This document shows, piece after piece, positions 19,191 through 30,406 of a stretch of 51,610 nt of DNA. The translations under genes were made by a program, and so were the position numbers. Position 1 is the first letter of the stretch. Each line of letters opens with the position of its first letter. The DNA is taken from assembly GCA_038231155.1 (NCBI GenBank), contig JBBRLY010000009.1, forward strand, positions 1-51,610. Reading direction: 5' to 3'. The notes under the pieces are model-generated. The model did not search any database, was not told the origin of the DNA, and saw only the letters and a program-made list of their open reading frames with translations. The DNA comes from Candidatus Saccharimonadales bacterium (GTDB taxonomy: Bacteria; Patescibacteriota; Saccharimonadia; Saccharimonadales; JANWIN01).

Positions 19191-20467
19191 TTAGGTAATC
19201 CCCAGGCTTGGCGACGTTTTATGTCGGCTGACTCACGTCGTACAAGTTGCGCTTGGTCTTTTGGATCGGCTAATAATTGTTCGATTACACCCTCCAGGCC
19301 GCGTGCCCCTTTAAATAATACAGTTTCACCGCCTTTAAGATTAGCATTTAAATAATCAAGCACTTCTTTGGGACTTTCGAATACCGATATCGGAGTTTGA
19401 GGCACTGCCTGTTTTAAGATGGGGTAACTATATTTTTTAATCCTAGGGCCCAGTAAAATTATATGTTCTAGTTTATGTGTAGCTATATTGTAAGCTAATT
19501 TTTCATGTTCCTGCTGTTCAACGCTTCCTTGCTCTAAAATGTCACCGATTACTAACCACTTTGATTTACTGGGGTACAAGTCAAATAAATTTAAAAGAGC
19601 ATTCATAGCGCCTAAGCCGGTATTGTAAGTGCTATCTATAATCGTAATGTGATGACTGCCTTTAAACACACTGCTGCGGCCCGGAGGTGCCTGGTAGCGC
19701 GAATAGTTTTGATCTAGTCCCAAGCCTAAATAATCTAGTAATTGGTTAACCATTTGTAGGCCAATAGCCAGTTCTTTAGGTTGTACACCTGGTAATTGAA
19801 TGGTTTGACCGTTAAATCCAAAAACCGTCTCGTGAACTTTTATTTGATATCGGTCAATCCGTGCAAGTGAAACTCGTTTAACAGCTACAGACCGCTTAGC
19901 CCTTTTTAGTTCATTTACTAAGTCTGGTTGATCGCCGTTAGCGATAACTAACTTCTGGGTGGCTGACACAAAGTAACCAAATTCGTGAGCTATGGCTGCC
20001 TCATGGGATGGGAATTGGCCATTTTTGACTAGTTTGTCAAAATTCATAGAGTGAGTCCGATAAACGCTCACCCATAACAACACCTCCGGTTTCAGAAGCT
20101 TCGAGCTAAATCTACCCTCTTTGGGGCGGTCACAGTCGGATTCAACAATATATAGTTTTTGCTTGGGAAGTTTTCTAAAAATATGAAAAGGTGCTACTAA
20201 GATATATTTCAACCAAGCTGATTTGGATGGTACATTTGGTTTAAGGCCCAAAATATTAAAAGGTATGCCGATGGCGCTGTTAGCATGATGAGAGTAGGTC
20301 GCTTTAGCACCTAGCTGGGCTTCTATCATATGTAGTGTTGAGGTTTTGCCGCTAGAGCCCGTTACCACAATAATTCTAGGACGCCACCTCAGTAAAACTA
20401 GCTTTGCCCAAAATCCAAAATAGGCGGCAACAACAAAATAAAGACGCAGTTTTAATTTATGGAGCAT
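19187..20467 (-). CDS. murF: Mur ligase, MurF-like
   Basis: VTGSSGKTST P-loop, IIDSTYN, VIGDILEQG, LFKGARGLE. Confidence 0.8.
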   Translation of the reverse strand: MLHKLKLRLYFVVAAYFGFWAKLVLLRWRPRIIVVTGSSGKTSTLHMIEAQLGAKATYSHHANSAIGIPFNILGLKPNVPSKSAWLKYILVAPFHIFRKLPKQKLYIVESDCDRPKEGRFSSKLLKPEVLLWVSVYRTHSMNFDKLVKNGQFPSHEAAIAHEFGYFVSATQKLVIANGDQPDLVNELKRAKRSVAVKRVSLARIDRYQIKVHETVFGFNGQTIQLPGVQPKELAIGLQMVNQLLDYLGLGLDQNYSRYQAPPGRSSVFKGSHHITIIDSTYNTGLGAMNALLNLFDLYPSKSKWLVIGDILEQGSVEQQEHEKLAYNIATHKLEHIILLGPRIKKYSYPILKQAVPQTPISVFESPKEVLDYLNANLKGGETVLFKGARGLEGVIEQLLADPKDQAQLVRRESADIKRRQAWGLPK

Positions 20468-20514
20468 AGGGTTATTTTACCCCATTAAGTGCTTTCAGAT
20501 GTAATTCAGGCTTA

Positions 20515-20550
20515 TGGTGGAGCATTTGCGGGATGACCCACAAACGCCCC
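20515..20550 (-). ncRNA. tRNA-Ala-like acceptor minihelix (36 nt, CCA-ended)
   Basis: GGGGCGTTTGTGGG-TCAT-CCCGCAAATGCTCC-ACCA: 14 consecutive pairs including G3:U70, then discriminator A and CCA. First 5 and last 9 nt are identical to both tRNA-Ala genes in the window. Confidence 0.7.
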
Positions 20551-20626
20551 ATGATATGTGTCGGCAAATATATACTACCAAACTGTGCGAAATGCCGGAA
20601 GTCGGTTGTTTTAATAAGATTACCAG

Positions 20627-22639
20627 TTAATTTAGGCTAGACAGGTTATATTTACTACTGTCGCTTAAGGTGGCCGTTAAAGTGTATTTAGTGCATTCTT
20701 TACCAGCAGCATTACTACAAGCTTTACCATCAGAAGTTGTCGGAGCGTAAGCAAATATATGAGCAGCAGGTGTGGCGCTAAGTTTTGAGCTAGTGCCATC
20801 AGGGTCTTTAAGAGCACTTACATCTAAACCGGAGGCGTTTGCTGCTAGCCAGGTACTATCATTTAAATTAGCCAAAGTTGGATAAAAGCCATTTATAGCG
20901 TAGTAAACTTCCAGATTATTTGAGATTGATCGTAGATTAGCTTTTCTGTTAACATCCTTTGATTGAGTTGATACTGCAGAACTAGAAGTTAAATTATCAG
21001 TGCTTAGACTTCCCCCTAAAATACCGGCCAACAAATCTTGAATTGAGGTAGTTGGCGATGGCTTATCGACCTTTGTCTGGTTATTATTTGGACTAACTTG
21101 CAATTGGCCGCTGATTTTTTCGGTGTCACTATTAATACTGAATTGATTATTGGAAATGTTTGTTTTCATGTCTAGCGTTCCACTGAATCTACTAGTTGTT
21201 ACTGATTTGCCGCTTTTATCATACAAACTCAAACTATATGGAAATTGATTACCGCCTTGATAGTCTTGTCCAATTTCAAAATAACTTGTATCTTTACTGA
21301 CTCTCAATTTATGAATTAATTTAGTATGGGTATCAGCCCAGACGTCTAGGTTTGGAATGTTTTTTAACCGATCGACACTATCAGTTATTTTTGTGTCTGA
21401 TATACCGGCAATTGTCGGAAAATAAGCTTTAGCAAACTTTGTATCTTTAAGCCCATCGCGCAGCGCTTTGATATAGACTTTTAAATTTTGTTTATTTAAT
21501 TGAGCCTTGTAGTGATAGACTGATCGTTTATCTTGAGTTTCTTTACCAATTTTTTGCTTTATCTGGATAACTTGATGATTGGGGTTACTGGTAAACAGCC
21601 ATTGCTTACTTACTTTGCTAAAAGCATTTTGAAAATCAGTTATATCCTGGGCAGTTAGTTTAGGATTAGGAGAAGAACCGCTGGCTAATTGATCGGTATA
21701 ACTGTGATCGATTGAAATCCACTTGCCATCAAGTGAGTTAATCAAAGAGTCGTAGGGTGTACTTATCAACCCTAGACTTTTTATACCACTAACTTTGAAG
21801 TAAATATCTGGAAACTTAGAATTAGCTACAGCGATTGAACGTAGTTCAAAATTTATTGGTCCTTTGGTTAAATTCATACCTACTTTTAAAGAAGCGTCGG
21901 CGTTATAACTAAGAATATCGATAGAGCCAGAACCTGACTGACTACCTTCGGCTTTATACGATCCTTTAAGACTAAATCCTTTGGTAGACTTTTGGAGATT
22001 TGAAGAATAACTAATTAAATGGTCATAGCCAGCGCCTATATTAGCCCAGGATTTGTTCCAAATATTTTCCGGTTTATTTGGAACAATATAACCAAAGTAA
22101 GTTGCTGAAACGCCTGCACTTAATAAAACTATTAGCCCGAGCACTAACGTTAAAAGCTTAGTTTTTGAGCGTTTGGGCTTTATTGAACTTGAGACAACCG
22201 ATGCTACCGATTTTTGCATAGGTTCGTCAAATTGACCAATAACCGGTACAGCTGCAGTCGGTGCAGGTAAGTCTGGTAATGACTCGGTATCCTCAGTTGT
22301 ACCAAATTGTTGGGCGATGTTAGCAGTCATGATTTCACTAGCTAGCGTATTAGTAACTTGTGGTTGGATCGAAGCTACTGGATTGGCTTCGGTACTTACT
22401 TCGCCACTCAACGGTTTTGGGCGTGGATTGTTTGTACTTAAAGAAGTTGGAGCTGAAAAATTATTACTGGAAGAAAGCACTGAAACGCCTAGATCAGTAT
22501 TGTTGACTAACTCATTGTTACGCGAATCTAAGGGAGGAGCTGGCAAATCTGGTAGATTGGACTGTAACCTTGTTGGTTTTTGTGGAGGATAATTCGAATT
22601 GTTTGGTGGTTTAAAATCAACATCCATAGAATTAGTCAT
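20627..22639 (-). CDS. Membrane-anchored protein: Pro/Ser/Thr-rich N-terminus, TM helix, extracellular beta-rich domain and C-terminal pilin/GspG-like domain
   Basis: TM LLTLVLGLIVLLSAGVSATYF; C-terminal KDVNRKANLRSISNNLEVYYAINGFYP...KDPDG...C..C..Y.LTATL resembles the globular part of CPR pilins. Confidence 0.65.
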   Translation of the reverse strand: MTNSMDVDFKPPNNSNYPPQKPTRLQSNLPDLPAPPLDSRNNELVNNTDLGVSVLSSSNNFSAPTSLSTNNPRPKPLSGEVSTEANPVASIQPQVTNTLASEIMTANIAQQFGTTEDTESLPDLPAPTAAVPVIGQFDEPMQKSVASVVSSSIKPKRSKTKLLTLVLGLIVLLSAGVSATYFGYIVPNKPENIWNKSWANIGAGYDHLISYSSNLQKSTKGFSLKGSYKAEGSQSGSGSIDILSYNADASLKVGMNLTKGPINFELRSIAVANSKFPDIYFKVSGIKSLGLISTPYDSLINSLDGKWISIDHSYTDQLASGSSPNPKLTAQDITDFQNAFSKVSKQWLFTSNPNHQVIQIKQKIGKETQDKRSVYHYKAQLNKQNLKVYIKALRDGLKDTKFAKAYFPTIAGISDTKITDSVDRLKNIPNLDVWADTHTKLIHKLRVSKDTSYFEIGQDYQGGNQFPYSLSLYDKSGKSVTTSRFSGTLDMKTNISNNQFSINSDTEKISGQLQVSPNNNQTKVDKPSPTTSIQDLLAGILGGSLSTDNLTSSSAVSTQSKDVNRKANLRSISNNLEVYYAINGFYPTLANLNDSTWLAANASGLDVSALKDPDGTSSKLSATPAAHIFAYAPTTSDGKACSNAAGKECTKYTLTATLSDSSKYNLSSLN

Positions 22640-22666
22640 ATCTTAACATAAGCGTTAACGAAAAAG

Positions 22667-23572
22667 TTATTGTAAACTTTTTTGGATGCGTTGTTGTAGA
22701 TCAGTATCAGTAATTGTATGAGACGGAATTTTAATTGAATTTTCAATACCCTGGGCACTATAGTCAACTGTTTGTTTAGTGGATGGGTAGCTAAGTCTTA
22801 AAATATTACGAGACATTTTATCTACACTGATTTGCACTTGAAGTGGTTGAGCGTTTTGATATTGTGATGCATCTATGCCAGTGTTATCGAGTCCCAGCTC
22901 CTTAGCATATTGCAGCAAAACATTTACGTAAGCTAATGGGGAAACATTTACATCGTAAACATAAACCGCATGAGAATAAAGCTTGCTACTCTTAACACCA
23001 GAGATTTTATATACATTTTTATCTTTCATCATCTTAATTAAAGTATTACGTTGATCGCGGTTAAAATTTCCAAATGGTATAAGACTAAAAACATTTTGCT
23101 TGAAATATTGGGGTGACCTTTGGCTAGTAGCTGAAGCGTCGGTTTTAGACCAAATTCCAACAATATTGGCAGTATTAATCGGTTTGCCTTTACTATTTTT
23201 TTGAGTGGTATTGATGCTAATATACCGGCTGTAATCTGTTTTAGGCGTTCCAATCGATTCAGATTTGGCAGTAGCTTTAACATTATTTTGGTTTTGATTG
23301 AACGTCACTAAAGTATTGACAGCATTAGTCGATCCAAACTGTAGTTTAATATATTGATCGAGTGAACCTCTTTGATCTCCCTGAGTAAAGTGTCGAGTTA
23401 CACCAGCAGTAGCCAAGTTATTGTCCATCATTCCCCAAAATACTTGGTTTGTGTTTATATAAACTTTATACCAAAAGGTAATACTTACGGCAATTAACAA
23501 AAATACAATGATAAGGCCTATCGCAGTATTATTCCTTTTTAATGCTGAGCTACTGTTTGCTCCATCAATCAT
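22667..23572 (-). CDS. Hypothetical N-terminally anchored extracellular protein
   Basis: 301-aa ORF with one N-terminal TM (AIGLIIVFLLIAVSITFWY); TGTTACAAT promoter 6 nt before the ATG. Confidence 0.75.
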   Translation of the reverse strand: MIDGANSSSALKRNNTAIGLIIVFLLIAVSITFWYKVYINTNQVFWGMMDNNLATAGVTRHFTQGDQRGSLDQYIKLQFGSTNAVNTLVTFNQNQNNVKATAKSESIGTPKTDYSRYISINTTQKNSKGKPINTANIVGIWSKTDASATSQRSPQYFKQNVFSLIPFGNFNRDQRNTLIKMMKDKNVYKISGVKSSKLYSHAVYVYDVNVSPLAYVNVLLQYAKELGLDNTGIDASQYQNAQPLQVQISVDKMSRNILRLSYPSTKQTVDYSAQGIENSIKIPSHTITDTDLQQRIQKSLQ

Positions 23573-23626
23573 GTGACTATTGTAACAGCAATTAAGCTAT
23601 AATTGTCTCGTAAATTAAGTTGCTAA

Positions 23627-23702
23627 GGGGCCGTAGCTCACCTGGTAGAGCGCAGCATTCGCATTGCTGAGGTAGGGGGTTCGAGTCTCCCCGGCTCCAC
23701 CA
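23627..23702 (+). tRNA. tRNA-Ala(CGC)
   Basis: Cloverleaf GGGGCCG/CGGCTCC, anticodon arm CAGCA-TTCGCAT-TGCTG, TTCGAGT T-loop, encoded CCA. Confidence 0.95.
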
Positions 23703-23724
23703 CTGTGATATAATCTGCAGACTC

Positions 23725-23801
23725 GGGGCTATAGCTCAGCTGGCTAGAGCGCTTGTATGGCATACAAGAGGTCTGGGGTTCGAGTCCCCATAGCTCCACC
23801 A
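23725..23801 (+). tRNA. tRNA-Ala(GGC)
   Basis: GGGGCTA/TAGCTCC, anticodon arm CTTGT-ATGGCAT-ACAAG, TTCGAGT, encoded CCA. Confidence 0.95.
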
Positions 23802-23840
23802 TAGATTCTTATAAAGATTCTTTTAAGTGTATAAATGTAC

Positions 23841-23868
23841 TTGACTTTTCTACAAAGAATGCTATAAT
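23841..23868 (+). promoter_or_regulatory. Sigma70 promoter of the S8 protease gene
   Basis: TTGACT-N16-TATAAT with an extended TG; AAGGAAGG SD before the ATG. Confidence 0.7.
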
Positions 23869-23916
23869 GTAGTCAATTCTAGTGTGCTTAATACGCATTA
23901 AGGAAGGGACAATACA

Positions 23917-25617
23917 ATGAAGATTAATCGGTGGATTTCTAAATTTATTACTCCGCTAACAGCGCTAGTATTGATTGCTAGTAGCCTTAGCTTTGTTCCA
24001 GCTATGGTACAGGCCAAGTCTCAGCCTAATCGCTTACAACCCCTGTCAGTTGTTGAAAAAAACAAGATAAATATTAAATTTAAAGCTGGTAGTAATGTGA
24101 CATTGCAAAACGGATCGTTTCAAGCTCCTAACAACCAGGCCATAAATCAGTTAAATGGAATTTTAGCCACCGCCAAAAAAATTAAAGCTGAGCAGCTTTT
24201 AGCTAAAGCAGTCGGTGGTAAAAGTAATCCTTTAGCCCAAACTTTAAATAATTATTATGTCGTAACTTTTGCTAAAAATGTAGATGCAGATTCGATAATA
24301 GCTCAATTGAAGAGCCTGCCAATAATCGACCAAGCCTATGCTAAATCACAAGCTGCACCAGCACCGACAACTAATACCCCAGACTTTACTTCTTTAGAAA
24401 ATTACATCAAACCGGCCCCAGGTGGCGTTAATGCTAATTTTGCTAATAGTTACCCCGGCGGTAACGGTAGTAAAATTAAAATTGTCGACCTTGAATATAG
24501 TTGGAATGTAAATCACGAGGATTTAACTAAAGCGGCAAACGCCTTTATTAGCAATGGTACTCCAAGCGACCCATACAACGATGTTGGACATGGTACCGCA
24601 GTACTTGGGGAAATGGTTGCCGATAATAATAGTTTTGGGGTTACAGGAGCAAGTAATGGTTCTAAACTTAACTTGATAAATGTCTATAATAACGAGCGCG
24701 GTTGGGATATAACGACAGCTTTAGCGATTGCCACATACGTTACAAAACCTGGAGACGTAATCTTAATTGAGCAACAAACCTATGATACAAACGGAAACTT
24801 TGTAGCCGTTGAATGGGAACCGGCTATTTATGATGCAATTACCTATTTAACAAGCCATGGACGTACAGTAATCGAACCAGCTGGCAATGGTGGTCAAAAT
24901 TACGATAACACAAGTATATATGGTTCCAAATTTCCTCAAGGTAAAGCTGACTCTGGAGCAATAATGGTGGGTGCCGGTGAGAACTGCGGGACGACTAATT
25001 TTCGTCAGCGGTTGAGTTTTTCTAACTACGGTTCACGAGTCAATATGCAGGGTCCAGGCGATTGCGTAGTAACCACAGGTTGGTTCGGTGACTTATATAA
25101 TGCCGGTGGAGTAAATACTTATTACACAAATTCCTTTAGCGGTACTAGCTCGGCTAGTCCAGTTGTAGCAGCCTCAGCAGCTGACTTAAACTCAGCTTAT
25201 CTAGCTTTAAATGGTCAAGCTGCCACTCCAGCTTGGATACGCTTAACGCTAATAGGGAATGGTACTCCGCAGCCTTCTACAGATACATCCGGACATATTG
25301 GTCCTCTACCGGATCTAGCTAAGACTTTATTAAAAGCTGACAGCAAAGCTCCAACTTCCCCAACAAATATTACTGTAAGTTTAAACTCTAATAATAAACC
25401 GGTACTTAAGTGGTCAGCGGCTACAGATAATGTAAAAGTTAGTTCATATCTAATTTTACGCAATAATAAAATGTATAGCTTAGTTAATGCTCCTAGCACT
25501 ACGTTTACCGACAGCGGTGCTACTGCTCACATGTCATATATTTACTACATTATTACTATAGATAGTGCCAGTAATATCTCGGTTGCATCAAAGTCTGTTG
25601 GCGTTACTACCAGATAA
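23917..25617 (+). CDS. Secreted subtilisin-like (S8) serine protease with prodomain and C-terminal FN3 domain
   Basis: Signal peptide; catalytic triad VDLEYSW (D), GHGTAVLG (H), SGTSSASP (S); oxyanion EPAGNG; FN3 APTSPT..LKWSAATDNVKVSSY. Confidence 0.92.
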   Translation: MKINRWISKFITPLTALVLIASSLSFVPAMVQAKSQPNRLQPLSVVEKNKINIKFKAGSNVTLQNGSFQAPNNQAINQLNGILATAKKIKAEQLLAKAVGGKSNPLAQTLNNYYVVTFAKNVDADSIIAQLKSLPIIDQAYAKSQAAPAPTTNTPDFTSLENYIKPAPGGVNANFANSYPGGNGSKIKIVDLEYSWNVNHEDLTKAANAFISNGTPSDPYNDVGHGTAVLGEMVADNNSFGVTGASNGSKLNLINVYNNERGWDITTALAIATYVTKPGDVILIEQQTYDTNGNFVAVEWEPAIYDAITYLTSHGRTVIEPAGNGGQNYDNTSIYGSKFPQGKADSGAIMVGAGENCGTTNFRQRLSFSNYGSRVNMQGPGDCVVTTGWFGDLYNAGGVNTYYTNSFSGTSSASPVVAASAADLNSAYLALNGQAATPAWIRLTLIGNGTPQPSTDTSGHIGPLPDLAKTLLKADSKAPTSPTNITVSLNSNNKPVLKWSAATDNVKVSSYLILRNNKMYSLVNAPSTTFTDSGATAHMSYIYYIITIDSASNISVASKSVGVTTR

Positions 25618-25637
25618 GTTTAGCTGTTTAGTTATTT

Positions 25638-25661
25638 AAAAAAGCCCAAACGGGCTTTTTT
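25638..25661. terminator. Bidirectional intrinsic terminator between the convergent protease and ligA genes
   Basis: AAAAAAGCCC-AAAC-GGGCTTTTTT. Confidence 0.85.
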
Positions 25662-25676
25662 AAATTAATACTACTT

Positions 25677-25748
25677 CGTGCGCGCTCACCCAGCGGCGGG
25701 TGTTTTTTTGGTTTTATAGTTTTTGTTTCACGCGCCGCATGACGCACG
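25677..25748. other. GC-rich imperfect inverted repeat with a 26-nt A-rich (minus strand) or U-rich (plus strand) loop
   Basis: CGTGCG/CGCACG, TCAC/ATGA, GCGGCG/CGCCGC and GTG/CAC arms. Confidence 0.6.
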
Positions 25749-25775
25749 ATCTAATATAAGCATAATAAATTTGTG

Positions 25776-28771
<2,996 letters not shown>

Positions 28772-28786
28772 AAAAAATCCTCACAA

Positions 28787-29659
28787 TTATACGTGATCTT
28801 CCATTTGCTCTAAGCGCTTAATGCGCTCATCAATTGGCGGGTGAGTGCTGAATAAGTTAGTTACGCTATGCCCCTTTAAGGGATTTACAAAGAAAAAATG
28901 GGCGGTAGATGTATTTTGACGTTTCAAAACACTGCCGGTTTTTTCTATTTTTTGCAGAGCACTAGCAAGACCCTCTGGATATCGGGTAGTTAGAGCGCCA
29001 GTAGCATCCGCTAAGTATTCACGTTTTCTGGAAACTGATAATTGAATCAAAGTAGCGATAATTGGCGCTACAATAGCGGCCACAATTCCAAGAACGAAAA
29101 ACAACTGATTACCTTCACGGTCATCGTCTCCAAACCAAGCCATGCGAAACATAATGTCAGCTAATATACCGATTACGGCAACCATGGCAAAGGCAACTAA
29201 AGATACGCGCATATCATAGTTCTTAACGTGGCCAAGTTCGTGGGCAAGCACTCCTTCCAGTTCTTTATCGTTCATGATTTCAAGCAATCCTGAAGTAACG
29301 CATACCGTAGCCATATCTGGCTTGCGACCAGTGGCAAAAGCGTTGGGAGCCGGATCATCAATTATATAAACTTTAGGAGTAGGTAGCCCATCGGTAATGG
29401 CTAGGTTTTCGACAATTCTATATAACCTGGGATTATCTTTCTTGGCCATTGGCTGGGCGCCACTAAGGGCTAGCGAAAGTCGACTGCCAACAAAGTAACT
29501 TATCAGGGCATAAATAGCCGCTGCCATTAACACATACGGAGTAATCGCTGGCCGACCACTGGCTAAACTAAATATCCACCCGACTAATCCAATAAATAGT
29601 ACAAAGACGGCCATAATAATAACCGTTTTGCGTTTATTAGCAGCAATTTGCGAATACAT
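28787..29659 (-). CDS. htpX: M48 zinc metalloprotease HtpX
   Basis: PNAFATG, GVLAHELGHV, SRKREYLAD, FSTHPPIDERI. Confidence 0.95.
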   Translation of the reverse strand: MYSQIAANKRKTVIIMAVFVLFIGLVGWIFSLASGRPAITPYVLMAAAIYALISYFVGSRLSLALSGAQPMAKKDNPRLYRIVENLAITDGLPTPKVYIIDDPAPNAFATGRKPDMATVCVTSGLLEIMNDKELEGVLAHELGHVKNYDMRVSLVAFAMVAVIGILADIMFRMAWFGDDDREGNQLFFVLGIVAAIVAPIIATLIQLSVSRKREYLADATGALTTRYPEGLASALQKIEKTGSVLKRQNTSTAHFFFVNPLKGHSVTNLFSTHPPIDERIKRLEQMEDHV

Positions 29660-29695
29660 GATTTAGAGGTCCTTTAATAGTTAACAAACGTAAGC

Positions 29696-30256
29696 TTAGA
29701 ACTTAACTTCGGTAGGTTCTGCTACAGCTGCTTCTTGGGATTGATCAATTTCAAAGAATTCGCGGTCTTTATTAAAACCTAAAATACCGGCGAAAAGACT
29801 GGTTGGAAATACTTTACGCTTGGTGTTAAAATCGCGAGCCACGCCGTTATAAAAACGCCTAGAAGCCTGTATTTTATCTTCAGTGTCTACAAGTTCATCC
29901 TGCAAGGCTTTAAAGTTCTCATTAGCTTTAAGTTGAGGATAGTTCTCAGCAACTGCAAATAGGCTCTTTAAGGTTTGGCTAAACTGGTTCTCAGCTTGAG
30001 CAGTTTCGGCTGGCCCTTGGGCACTCATGGCCGCCGTGCGAGCTTCTGTTACCTTTTCAAATACTTCTTTTTCATGAGACGCATAACCTTTAACTGTGTT
30101 TACAAGGTTAGGTATTAAGTCATAGCGACGTTTCAGTTGAACAGTAATATCACTCCAAGCTTCACTGGCTCTAATATTTAAACGTACCAAACCGTTGTAC
30201 ATCACCACAAAAGCAATCACTACGATCGCCACAATGGCTATAATAATCCACAACAT
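29696..30256 (-). CDS. lemA: LemA family protein
   Basis: EAWSDITVQLKRRYDLIPNLV, AVAENYPQLKANENF, RRFYN. Confidence 0.96.
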   Translation of the reverse strand: MLWIIIAIVAIVVIAFVVMYNGLVRLNIRASEAWSDITVQLKRRYDLIPNLVNTVKGYASHEKEVFEKVTEARTAAMSAQGPAETAQAENQFSQTLKSLFAVAENYPQLKANENFKALQDELVDTEDKIQASRRFYNGVARDFNTKRKVFPTSLFAGILGFNKDREFFEIDQSQEAAVAEPTEVKF

Positions 30257-30406
30257 TATGTATAATCCTCCCGATTAATTACTAGTTTAATTATACCACT
30301 AAACGTGCTTTAAACTGGGGTTAAATACATAATATACTGCTGAATTGCTTTCGACTAAACACTAAACGTCTAAAAATAAAATTATCTCTAGTATAATTGG
30401 GCGGGT

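Noticed and set aside
20515-20550. Reading the hairpin as a terminator or as a tmRNA gene
   Set aside because: No U-tract on either strand. It has no T-loop, tag reading frame or pseudoknot region, and its 5' and 3' acceptor strands are directly joined, which fits neither standard nor permuted tmRNA. A deletion relic cannot be fully excluded.
28787-30256. lemA-htpX pair
   Set aside because: A well-known conserved gene pair; nothing unusual.
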